64,000 bases of DNA from Fibrobacteraceae bacterium (GCA_017625775.1 JAGAKE010000012.1:29120-93119), one strand, 5' to 3'; counted from the stretch's first letter, positions 1 through 8,835 are shown. The notes: generated by a model from the letters alone, not told the origin. Program-made: numbers and translations.

Positions 1-31
1 GTACTTAGGCTCCATAATAATATTTTTAAAT

Positions 32-703
32 CTATTCAATTAAATTGAGAATTTCCTGAATTTCAGCAATATGTCGTTGAGTGAACCATAGGGTTTTATT
101 TTGGTCTATTTGAATATCAACATGTTCTTTAGCTGAAGAAATATCATTTTGATTTAATTGTTTTATTGAATCTGTAATCTCTTCCATTTTTTTTGAATTG
201 CTTCTAATAATTTGATATTCTCGCTTACAGTTTTGGCATAAACACAGATGTAACGGATTTATCTCCTTAGGTAATCGTTCGAGTAGTTGAGGCCCCTCAA
301 AATTCAAAAATTCTTCATGACAAAGTTGACAGGCAATATTGTCGGTAGATTCAATCTCGTACATATGTTTTAGATATGTACGATAGCTGTTAGGCTTTAA
401 GGAGATACAGACTGAACGAATTTTCGACTCATATTTAACAAGATCAGCGAAAAAAAGTTCCTTAGCGACATGTATTTTCAACCGATCCCAATCATTGACT
501 TTCTTTATTGGAAACCCCCGTATGGTATTGGCAGATGTTTTCTGAATAGCTAGTCTAAGCGCCTCTTTTTGCGGACAATTATTTGGCAGCTGACTTATCA
601 ATTTTTCAATTGAATCCATAATGGTTGTGGAACTATCCTTAAATCCCAGCCATTTGCAAATTTCTGTATTGTGTTTTATTTCACCATAAATACACGTACT
701 CAA
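32..703 (-). CDS. hypothetical protein with Cys-rich (zinc-ribbon-like) C-terminal half
   Basis: 223-aa ORF whose first in-frame start is TTG. It has cysteine pairs CQLCHEEF and CLCQNCKREY and is AT-rich. The frame stays open upstream without an ATG (see finding). Confidence 0.45.
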   Translation of the reverse strand: MSTCIYGEIKHNTEICKWLGFKDSSTTIMDSIEKLISQLPNNCPQKEALRLAIQKTSANTIRGFPIKKVNDWDRLKIHVAKELFFADLVKYESKIRSVCISLKPNSYRTYLKHMYEIESTDNIACQLCHEEFLNFEGPQLLERLPKEINPLHLCLCQNCKREYQIIRSNSKKMEEITDSIKQLNQNDISSAKEHVDIQIDQNKTLWFTQRHIAEIQEILNLIE

Positions 704-908
704 TTTTTCTTTAGAGATTTCTTTAGGAGAAACAAGATTATTCTTTTTATCATATAACCATTTCGTTTTTCTTTTTTCAATCCAAAATTACTTTCTCTAA
801 GTCGGCTTCCTTGAACGCCATGCAGTAAAAATAAATTCATTATTTTTCTGCGCAATAAGTAAAATGGCGATTTTGAGGAAAAAAACTCTCTTCGCCAAAA
901 TATAGGTC

Positions 909-954
909 GAAAATTTGCCAAAATCTTGGTTAAAAACTTGCCAAAATCTTGGTT
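909..954. repeat. 23-bp unit tandemly duplicated (aaaa[t/c]ttgccaaaatcttggtt x2)
   Basis: Read directly: the 17-nt core ttgccaaaatcttggtt occurs at 915-931 and 938-954. Each core contains CCAA-N4-TTGG. The repeat lies just upstream of the ATG at 973. Confidence 0.85.
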
Positions 955-972
955 TTAGATTATATTAAGACC

Positions 973-2244
973 ATGGAATACAGAAAACGCCTAGCAGACG
1001 AAGTATTAAAGGACAAACTCGAGGCCTCCGGAGCGGTCCTGGTCGAGGGGGCCAAATGGTGCGGAAAGACCACCACATCCAAGCAAATCGCGAAAAGCGT
1101 ACTCTACATGCAGGAGCCGGCGCAAAAAAAGCAGAACTTGTTAATGGCAGACACGAATCCGTCATTACTTTTACAGGGCAAAACTCCCCGCCTTATTGAT
1201 GAATGGCAACTCGCCCCAAAGCTTTGGGATGCAGTGCGCTTCGAAGTGGACCAGAGGGACGATTTCGGGCAGTTTATTCTTACCGGTTCCGCGGTCCCTC
1301 CCGATACATCAGAAATTTCCCATTCCGGGACAGGACGTATTTCGAGAATGCTCATGCGGCCCATGTCGCTTTTTGAATCGGGGGAATCCAGCGGGAGCGT
1401 TTCCCTTGAAGGCCTGTTCAATGCGGATTACGAAGTTTCCGCCTCTGTAGAATCCGACATAGAAAAACTCGCGTTCTTGATATGCCGTGGCGGTTGGCCG
1501 AAAGCGGTTGGCAAATCCGTCAAGGTCGCACTTCAGCAGGCGCTGGATTATTACGATGCCGTCGTGAATTCAGACATTTCTCGGGTTGACGGCAAGGAGC
1601 GCAACCCCGAGCGGGCCAAGCTCCTTTTGCGCTCGTATTCCAGGAACATCGGGTCGCAGGCAAAATTCGAAGAGATTCGTCAGGATATTCTCGGCAACGA
1701 TGTTGATTCGTTCAGCATCGACACATTGTACGACTACTTGAATGCGCTCAAGAAAATTTTTGTGGTAGAGGACGCGCCCGCATGGAACCCGAATCTCCGT
1801 TCAAAGGCCGCCATCCGAAATACGGACACGCGCTACTTTGTTGACCCGTCAATCGCCACCGCCAGCATGGGCCTTGGTCCCAAAGATCTAATTAACGACC
1901 TAAGCACCATGGGGTTGCTTTTTGAGAATCTTTGCGTCCGAGACCTGCGTATTTATGCACAATCTATTGGCGGCGAAATTTATCATTACCGCGACAAGAG
2001 CGGGCTGGAATGCGATACGGTAGTTCACCTGCGTAACGGCTCCTATGGGCTTGTAGAAATCAAACTCGGTGGCGACAAGTTAATTGAAGAGGGCTGCGCG
2101 TCCTTAAACAAATTCGAAAAAATCATCGACACGACTAAAATGAAATCCCCCAGCTTCAAGATGATTCTAACCGGTGTCGGGAACTATGCGTTCAAGCGCC
2201 CTGACGGTATTCTTGTTGTGCCCGTAAGAAGCCTGGGAGTTTAA
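973..2244 (+). CDS. AAA family ATPase, DUF4143-type (COG1373-like)
   Basis: Walker A GAKWCGKTT near the N-terminus. Length and overall sequence are typical of AAA_14/DUF4143 ATPases. The ATG at 973 (MEYRKR) is preferred over the TTG at 949. Confidence 0.85.
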   Translation: MEYRKRLADEVLKDKLEASGAVLVEGAKWCGKTTTSKQIAKSVLYMQEPAQKKQNLLMADTNPSLLLQGKTPRLIDEWQLAPKLWDAVRFEVDQRDDFGQFILTGSAVPPDTSEISHSGTGRISRMLMRPMSLFESGESSGSVSLEGLFNADYEVSASVESDIEKLAFLICRGGWPKAVGKSVKVALQQALDYYDAVVNSDISRVDGKERNPERAKLLLRSYSRNIGSQAKFEEIRQDILGNDVDSFSIDTLYDYLNALKKIFVVEDAPAWNPNLRSKAAIRNTDTRYFVDPSIATASMGLGPKDLINDLSTMGLLFENLCVRDLRIYAQSIGGEIYHYRDKSGLECDTVVHLRNGSYGLVEIKLGGDKLIEEGCASLNKFEKIIDTTKMKSPSFKMILTGVGNYAFKRPDGILVVPVRSLGV

Positions 2245-2715
2245 TCGCTCTTGGCAAACGCTTTCTAGTCAACCCCGTTATCGTATCGAGATTGTAAAAA
2301 GAGACATTGCGCTTTACGGAACGGGGCCCTTATTTTTGAACTACCGAGATTTCATCGGCAGTTCGATTCTTTTCCAATTCGCCGCTTCCATACACTTTTT
2401 TTTATGCAGGCGGTTCCAATCCATGCAGCCGTTATGCCTGTACCATAGTTCCCTAATAGTCGCCTATCCGCCGTTATCCGCAACCTTGACAGCGACCGCC
2501 TCGTCAATATTCCTGGGGAGATTGCCGCCGTCGATATATTCGCGAATTTTGCAACTGAGCTTGTCTTGGTCCAAAAGTTCGCCCATGGTTTGCTGGGAAC
2601 CGGGCCATATCATGCTACGTGCGCGAGGAATTGTAAGGAACAGGGAGGACATGGGGATTTATAGCAAGGATTCTCGTCTAAAAAAGTATAATTTTTATAG
2701 TTCGTCCCAAAATAC

Positions 2716-2744
2716 TTGACTTTTGTCCCAAGATTATTTATATT
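2716..2744 (+). promoter_or_regulatory. sigma70-like promoter TTGACT-17-TATATT
   Basis: Hexamers at 2716-2721 and 2739-2744 with a 17-nt spacer, 24 nt upstream of the ATG at 2768. A gtcccaa motif is repeated at 2704-2710 and 2725-2731. Confidence 0.35.
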
Positions 2745-2767
2745 AAGGAACAAGGTAGGTCTAGTCC

Positions 2768-3943
2768 ATGAAAAAGAAGAATGTCATCAATCTGATTCGC
2801 TATTACGCCGAGAAAAACGACCCCGCATTCCGCGAGGAGGCATACGAAATAGCCCGGGATTTTGACGCTAGCGGCGATTTTCAGCTTTCGGAATACATCA
2901 TGGCACTCATGTCCAGCGCGAACGCCTTTGTGCCGCAAATGCACGAAGACCAGATGACCTTTTTCCGCAAGGTCGCCCCTTCGCACGATTCGCTGCCGCT
3001 CCCCACGCCCATTGAAAAGGACGTTATCGGAATCATCAACGCCATCCAACGGAACATGGGAATCAACAAGTTCCTGTTCCAGGGCGCACCCGGAACGGGC
3101 AAGACCGAATCCGTACGGCAAATCGCCCGTATTCTGGAGCGCGACCTGTTCTGCGTCGATTTCGACACCATCATCGATAGCAAGCTCGGCCAGACACAAA
3201 AGAACATCGCCGCACTGTTCGACGAACTGAACCATTTTGCGCACCCCGAAAAAATTCTCGTCCTGTTCGACGAGATAGACGCCATCGCCCTCGACAGAAC
3301 CAACTCTCACGACCTTCGCGAAATGGGCCGCGCCACGTCGGCCATTCTCAAGGGCTTCGACAACCTGAACGAACAGATTACCGTCATCGCCACGACGAAC
3401 CTTTTCAAGCACTTTGACAAGGCCCTTTCCCGCCGTTTCGATTTAATTGTCGATTTCAACAGATACACGCAAGAAGACATGCAAGAAATCGCGGAGTCTA
3501 TTTTGAATAACTTCCTAAGCAAATACAAAATCGGCTATCGCAACACTCGCCTGTTTCGCAAGATTCTCGACTTGCAAAAGAAAATGCCTTGTCCGAGTGA
3601 AATGAAAAAAATTCTGCGAAACGCAGTCTGCTTCTGCGATGAAACAATCACGGGCGACTATTTAGGCCGCGTCTATGAATTACTCACAGACGGCACCACC
3701 GGCAATCTACATCGCCTGCATGAACAGGGTTTTACCGTCCGCGAAATCGAGATTCTTTCAGGAGTATCCAAAAGCCAAGTTGCACGATTCCTAAACATTT
3801 CGCAACAAACAGCCGGAACATCCAAACCTTATAAGAACGGCATCCCGCAACGAAATCAACGCAATTTATACGCCAAAAGACTTGACGAGATAAATCTTGC
3901 GGAAGTCTATAAAAAAGGCGAAGAAGAAATCGTGTGGAGATAA
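2768..3943 (+). CDS. classical AAA+ ATPase with C-terminal helix-turn-helix
   Basis: Walker A GAPGTGKT, Walker B ILVLFDEIDAI, sensor-like ATTNL and an arginine region ALSRRFD. The C-terminal segment GFTVREIEILSGVSKSQVARFLNIS looks like an HTH. Confidence 0.8.
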   Translation: MKKKNVINLIRYYAEKNDPAFREEAYEIARDFDASGDFQLSEYIMALMSSANAFVPQMHEDQMTFFRKVAPSHDSLPLPTPIEKDVIGIINAIQRNMGINKFLFQGAPGTGKTESVRQIARILERDLFCVDFDTIIDSKLGQTQKNIAALFDELNHFAHPEKILVLFDEIDAIALDRTNSHDLREMGRATSAILKGFDNLNEQITVIATTNLFKHFDKALSRRFDLIVDFNRYTQEDMQEIAESILNNFLSKYKIGYRNTRLFRKILDLQKKMPCPSEMKKILRNAVCFCDETITGDYLGRVYELLTDGTTGNLHRLHEQGFTVREIEILSGVSKSQVARFLNISQQTAGTSKPYKNGIPQRNQRNLYAKRLDEINLAEVYKKGEEEIVWR

Positions 3944-3946
3944 GGA

Positions 3947-3982
3947 AAGCCGAACCAGCATTACTAGTTCGGCTTCGTTTTT
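3947..3982 (+). terminator. intrinsic terminator after the AAA-HTH gene
   Basis: Stem aagccgaac (3947-3955) pairs with gttcggctt (3967-3975), followed by cgttttt. Confidence 0.6.
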
Positions 3983-4433
3983 AGTGCTTCTTACGAACAG
4001 GGATTTTCCATGCCTTGTGACCGTAATCCCGCGCATCCAAGACTCGATTTGAGTTTTTTACGCGACGGGTCTGAACAAAGATGTATCCACATACCGCAGT
4101 TTTAGGCCTTTTTGAAGGCAAAACAGGAGTATACACATCGTTCCTCTCCTTAGATAAGGTTAAATGACACCCCGAACAAAGGTCCCATCAGCAACTTTCG
4201 GAAGGAAACCAATCTATATTTGGGTTGGGTAGTCAATACAACCCATATAGGTCGGCTTTGTTCGAACCTCTCGGGAACGCAATTCCAGTTGCGTTCCCTT
4301 TCTGTATCATAAATATAGTAAAAATTTTTACCAAATGTGATTTTTTCACTTATGTATTTGCTTTTTATCGACAATTTTGTTAAATTAGGTGATATAAAAG
4401 AGAAATTTTCACAACTAAACGCGGACGGAAGAT

Positions 4434-5795
4434 ATGCTGATACGTTTTAATGTCAAGAATTTCCTCTCTTTCGATTCAGAAGATCGTGCAACTCACGATA
4501 CTTCTAGCCAGGAATTTTCGATGATTCCCGGAAAAGTCCGTAGCAAAGAAGACCATATCCTCAAGACCGGCAAACAGAACCTTCTTAAGTTTGCCGCCAT
4601 TTACGGTGCTAACGCGGCAGGGAAATCCAACCTGATTAAGGCGATGGCGTTCTTCAAAAATTGCACCTTAAACGGAACCGCCCTACCCCAAGACGCCAAC
4701 CTGTATTGCAAGACCGATCCGAATAACAAAGACAAAACCAGTTATTTTGAAGCAGAATTCATCGTCAATGATGAAGTGTTTGCGTATGGTTTCGAAATTA
4801 TTTTAAGTACCGGATTATTTGTTTCCGAATGGCTCTGCAAGCTCACCCCCTCTAAAGAAGAATATCTTTTCAAGAAAGAGGACTCCCAGCATGGCTACGA
4901 ATTCGGCGGGCCACTCGCAAAAAACGAGATGCTCAAAGTTCTTGTTTCCAGTTTCTATGGAAGCAACGGACTCTTCTTGAATTTTATCAACCGAACCATG
5001 GCCGGCTTTTACAAGACCAACCCGCAAGCGGAAGTTTTACGAACCGCATTCAACTGGATAGCGAACAACCTAGATATCAACTACCCGGCCAACCCACTTT
5101 CGACCTCTTCATTCCTTGCAAACGAAGAGGCTCTTTGTCAAGCTTCGAAACTGCTGAAAGCGTTCGGCACTGGAATCGAAGATGTCAAGTCCGTTCAGGT
5201 TCCCCTGGAAAAAGTCGCCCCGTTCTTTCCGCCACTCTGGCTTCAAAACGTAGCCAAGCAAATGGAAATGAGCAATACCCCCAAGAACGATATTTTCATC
5301 AGGGATCGAAACGAAATCTTCGTAGTGAAAATGGAACGCGGGAAAAAGGACAAGGCGTATTCCATCCAGTTCAAGCATAACTTCCAGAATGCAACCTTGT
5401 TCAAGATGGCCGAAGAATCCGACGGCACCGCGCGTCTTTTCGACCTTCTCGAAATATTGCTTTCCAAATCCAACAAGACTTACGTTATCGATGAACTGGA
5501 CCGTTGCCTGCATCCATGCCTTTCGTATCAGTTCGTGAAGGCGTTCTTTGAATATTCCAAGAACCGCAACGTCCAATTAATTGTAACCACCCATGAATCA
5601 CGTCTGATGGACTTCGATTTGTTGCGTCGTGACGAAATTTGGTTTGTGGACAAGGACCAAAACGGCGCAAGCAACATCTACTCGCTGGAAGAATACAACG
5701 AACGCTTCGATAAGAAAATAGACAAAGCCTACCTCGAAGGCCGCTATGGCGGTGTACCGCTGTTTACCTCGATTTTCCCAATTGAGGAGGCTTGA
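4434..5795 (+). CDS. AAA_15/AAA_21 (ABC/OLD-type) ATPase, AbiLi/RloA-like
   Basis: Walker A GANAAGKS, Walker B YVIDELDRCLHP and the downstream motif VTTHES. Its stop overlaps the next start (ATGA). Confidence 0.85.
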   Translation: MLIRFNVKNFLSFDSEDRATHDTSSQEFSMIPGKVRSKEDHILKTGKQNLLKFAAIYGANAAGKSNLIKAMAFFKNCTLNGTALPQDANLYCKTDPNNKDKTSYFEAEFIVNDEVFAYGFEIILSTGLFVSEWLCKLTPSKEEYLFKKEDSQHGYEFGGPLAKNEMLKVLVSSFYGSNGLFLNFINRTMAGFYKTNPQAEVLRTAFNWIANNLDINYPANPLSTSSFLANEEALCQASKLLKAFGTGIEDVKSVQVPLEKVAPFFPPLWLQNVAKQMEMSNTPKNDIFIRDRNEIFVVKMERGKKDKAYSIQFKHNFQNATLFKMAEESDGTARLFDLLEILLSKSNKTYVIDELDRCLHPCLSYQFVKAFFEYSKNRNVQLIVTTHESRLMDFDLLRRDEIWFVDKDQNGASNIYSLEEYNERFDKKIDKAYLEGRYGGVPLFTSIFPIEEA

Positions 5796-6745
5796 TGAGA
5801 GAGTCTAGAACCTTCGGAAAAAGAAAAAGGGAAGAACTTCCTCAACGGGAAGTCAACATCAAGTATATCCTTTTGACAGAAGGGACCGAGACGGAGCCTC
5901 AGTATTTTGAAGCCGTAGAAGAAAACAAGAAACAACTGGGTATTCCTCCCATTATCAAGATTCTCCCCCTGATGCGGAGTTATGGGGAAAATGGGTGGAG
6001 CAATCCGAAAAAGATTCTTGACAGGCTACTGTTGAACCTTGAGGAATCAACATCAAACAAAATCTCGTATAGCACCTTGCTAAACGCTATGATCGACTGC
6101 CTGTATTATAGCGAATACCTGAGCAAGCACAAGGAACTGATTCCCGAAATCAGCAACTTGCTAGATAGGATTTATCGCAATGTCCTAAAAGTTACTCCAG
6201 ATGATTTCGTCGAAGACAAAGAAGCGACCGTAACGAAGGTGACGGAATTTCTCGCCAAGGAAAAGCCGCGAATTTGCGAACTCATCATCAAGAATATCGG
6301 TGATGCCCTAAACGAGCAGTCCATCCCGTACGCTCCAGACATAGACAAGATTTGCCTGGTCGTTGACCGCGACCCCATGAGCTTTACCAGTTCTCAATTC
6401 GATTATGTAAAGAACACCTGCGCAACAAACAATGTTCAATTCTACATCAGCAATCCCGGATTTGAACTGTGGCTCTTGATGCACAGCAGCAATTTCGCTA
6501 CGATGAAAGATGACCTAGCGGCAAAATTTTTAACTATGACCCCGCCGGAATTCTTGGACCACATCGAAAGTCTTTTGAAACAGGAATTCGATGGATACAA
6601 CAAGTCTAAACTGAAAACGCAACCGTTTATGCAGGCTATCGACACGGCTATTGCAAACGAAAAAATGTTCACGGAGAGCGTTGACGCGTTAAAGAATGAT
6701 ATGGGATCGAATATTGGGCTGTTAATTCAGGAGATGAGAAGGTAA
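5792..6745 (+). CDS. RloB-like (TOPRIM-like) protein, AbiLii-like
   Basis: N-terminal ILLTEGTETEPQYF and C-terminal YISNPGFELWLLMH match the RloB family signature as I recall it. It has a 4-nt overlap with the upstream ATPase gene. Confidence 0.8.
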   Translation: MMRESRTFGKRKREELPQREVNIKYILLTEGTETEPQYFEAVEENKKQLGIPPIIKILPLMRSYGENGWSNPKKILDRLLLNLEESTSNKISYSTLLNAMIDCLYYSEYLSKHKELIPEISNLLDRIYRNVLKVTPDDFVEDKEATVTKVTEFLAKEKPRICELIIKNIGDALNEQSIPYAPDIDKICLVVDRDPMSFTSSQFDYVKNTCATNNVQFYISNPGFELWLLMHSSNFATMKDDLAAKFLTMTPPEFLDHIESLLKQEFDGYNKSKLKTQPFMQAIDTAIANEKMFTESVDALKNDMGSNIGLLIQEMRR

Positions 6746-6753
6746 AACATACA

Positions 6754-7410
6754 ATGATTCTCGATAACGACCCACTCGGCATACACAGCATCGATGTCAA
6801 ATACGAAGGTTCGACTAGAGCGACCCAGTATTGCATTGACGATTTTATGAAACGTCTTTATGGCAGCCGCAAAATTACAGACATGACCATTTTAACTTGC
6901 CAAAATTATCACGCCTTAATGCTATGCTTTGAAAATCGGGACCTCGTTGTCTTTATCAAAAGCGGACTGACTTCGGGTTATTCTGGCGAAGGCCCCAAGG
7001 GAACATCGCTTATTATTCGCCTTGCCGAAGAAGCAGGAATTATCATTAAGGAATTGAAGGCAGCACCTTCGCTATTCAAGAGAATCAATTCTTCTCGTGC
7101 TACAGTTAAAGATGTGGAATTCATCAAAAAGAACAGCACGGAAAATTTTGATTACGACCGTCTTTGCCTACCGAATGTCAATAACGAATATGTCAAACGA
7201 GCGAAGGAATCCTTCAAAAAGGACAAGGATATCATTTTCGTTAGGGCCGAAGACGAAAAAACGAAGGATGCCGTTGAGATTGACAGGGCTAAGGCACTAA
7301 AGATGCTGCAAGAAATTCACGATGCTGTGATCAAATCAAAAGATTCAGCGCTCTTGTCCGACTTTGGGAACGCCTCTTCAATTCTGTCATTCATCAAAAG
7401 CTTTTTTTAA
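6754..7410 (+). CDS. hypothetical protein, third gene of the AbiL-like cluster
   Basis: 218-aa ORF starting 9 nt after the RloB stop. A GAGAAGG RBS lies inside the RloB 3' end. No motif recognised. Confidence 0.6.
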   Translation: MILDNDPLGIHSIDVKYEGSTRATQYCIDDFMKRLYGSRKITDMTILTCQNYHALMLCFENRDLVVFIKSGLTSGYSGEGPKGTSLIIRLAEEAGIIIKELKAAPSLFKRINSSRATVKDVEFIKKNSTENFDYDRLCLPNVNNEYVKRAKESFKKDKDIIFVRAEDEKTKDAVEIDRAKALKMLQEIHDAVIKSKDSALLSDFGNASSILSFIKSFF

Positions 7411-7445
7411 ATATTTGCGTGTTAGCAGGTTTCCGCTTATTTTGA

Positions 7446-8816
7446 CTAAATTTCTTCGTCATCCTCTTCATTATTAAATTGATGTCTAGAAATAATTTCA
7501 TCGATAAAATTCATATCATTTTCATCAATTTCAAGGCAAATTGGATTTTTATTCTCTATCGCCCAATTCATTTTATCTCTAGCCTTATTCACCGTTCTTG
7601 AAATATCTATAGAGTCATTAACGCAAGAAAACAACCGTTCTACATCCTTCTTTTGTTCAATCATGTATGGTAAAGAAGATACTTCATATCCTAAAAAATA
7701 TCGGCTAAGTCTATCATTTTCCGAATCCCGAATATTCTCTACCTTTTCAGACCATTTTTTTAAATGGTCTTCTTTTACAGGTTTCACGTGTCCATTGGAA
7801 ATAAGATCATTCTGAATCTTTGTTGCTGCATTAACAACTTCTTTTAATTTCTCATTGCTCGTAATCTTTTTAAATGCTTTGTAGAATTCATCAAAATTTT
7901 TCTCACCTTTACCCTCGTCTTCTGGATTAATTTTAGCAATCAAATATTCCCAAGCGCTTTTGGGGCACCATCGCCCCCAAAATGTTTCTATAGTATAACT
8001 AGTAATAAATGACTTTGGTACAAGTTTTTCGGGCAAAGTTTCTAATTCAAGTACTTTTCTCATAAGCTTTTTCCCTAGCGAAAATGAATTCTCAGCTAAG
8101 TCAAACGGAACACCTTGCTTTATTTTTTTTACGGCTGTTTCAGTCAAATTATATGATATCGCTAAATCTTGCTTTAAATTGCCCGCCCATTTATGTAGGA
8201 ACACTCCCGATTCTAGCAAGGCATAATGAAATAAATATTCTTCCTGCTCAAAAATCTGTTTGTCAATTTTAGTTTTGCCAAATGTATTTTTATGTTTTTC
8301 GAAAACCTCTTCAAATTCTTGAACAACCTTTTTCGAAAATGACAATTGTCCAATTTCAACATTTTCGCCTTCAAAACCTGGCCTAGTAAAATTTGACGAA
8401 GTAATTAGCGTAAATCCGGCAATAATTTCATTTGCTGCATTTTTTTGTAATACAGCATACCCTTTGCTATGTGTCAAGTTGGATGATGCGAGAAAAGCGT
8501 ATTCAAAATCTATTCCTAATCCTTTAAATTTCTTTTGTATAGATTTGATTTTTTTATCAACAAATACGGGGCCAATTCTATATACTTCAGAAAAATCAAA
8601 TAAGAACTTTATCTTTGATATCTTTATTTTTTTTGCTAGCTCATTATAAAAAGGCACTAAAATATCTAAATCCACATAGCATGTTAAGATCAATAATTCA
8701 TGATTATGCTTTTGCGGTTTCAACAGAAAATCACAAGAATCAAGCAAAGCGACTCGCGCCGAATTATAATGCGCACAACCCGCAGCATTTTGATTTAATA
8801 TGAAAATATTTTTCAT
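7446..8816 (-). CDS. PLD-like (single degenerate HKD) domain protein with long unknown C-terminal region
   Basis: LTHSKGYAVLQ...LITSSNFT (codons at about 8390-8471) resembles HxK(x4)D..GSxN, but lacks the Asp. Acidic tail EEDDEEI. Last gene of the four-gene operon. Confidence 0.65.
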   Translation of the reverse strand: MKNIFILNQNAAGCAHYNSARVALLDSCDFLLKPQKHNHELLILTCYVDLDILVPFYNELAKKIKISKIKFLFDFSEVYRIGPVFVDKKIKSIQKKFKGLGIDFEYAFLASSNLTHSKGYAVLQKNAANEIIAGFTLITSSNFTRPGFEGENVEIGQLSFSKKVVQEFEEVFEKHKNTFGKTKIDKQIFEQEEYLFHYALLESGVFLHKWAGNLKQDLAISYNLTETAVKKIKQGVPFDLAENSFSLGKKLMRKVLELETLPEKLVPKSFITSYTIETFWGRWCPKSAWEYLIAKINPEDEGKGEKNFDEFYKAFKKITSNEKLKEVVNAATKIQNDLISNGHVKPVKEDHLKKWSEKVENIRDSENDRLSRYFLGYEVSSLPYMIEQKKDVERLFSCVNDSIDISRTVNKARDKMNWAIENKNPICLEIDENDMNFIDEIISRHQFNNEEDDEEI

Positions 8817-8835
8817 TTGACCGATACCATGATAA

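Noticed and set aside
700-921. 73-aa minus-strand ORF
   Set aside because: It is low-complexity and basic, and its start lies inside the tandem repeat. I did not call it as a gene. I considered it only as a possible 5' fragment of the 32-703 ORF (see finding).
2336-2719. 127-aa plus-strand ORF
   Set aside because: The composition is Ser/Leu/Pro-rich and non-protein-like, there is no RBS, and it overlaps the more plausible minus-strand frame.
2738-3412. 224-aa and 140-aa minus-strand ORFs
   Set aside because: They lie antisense to the AAA+ ATPase gene, whose Walker motifs fix the true frame.
3981-4136. 51-aa minus-strand ORF (GTG start, AAGGAG upstream; ..GYIFVQTRRVKNSNRVLDARDYGHKAWKIPVRKKH)
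   Set aside because: The RBS is attractive, but the ORF is short, has a non-ATG start and shows no recognisable domain. That is not enough to call it.
4255-4272. The tRNA T-arm-like string ttgttcgaacc
   Set aside because: The flanks cannot form a T-stem, acceptor stem or anticodon arm. I found no tRNA-like cloverleaf anywhere in the window.
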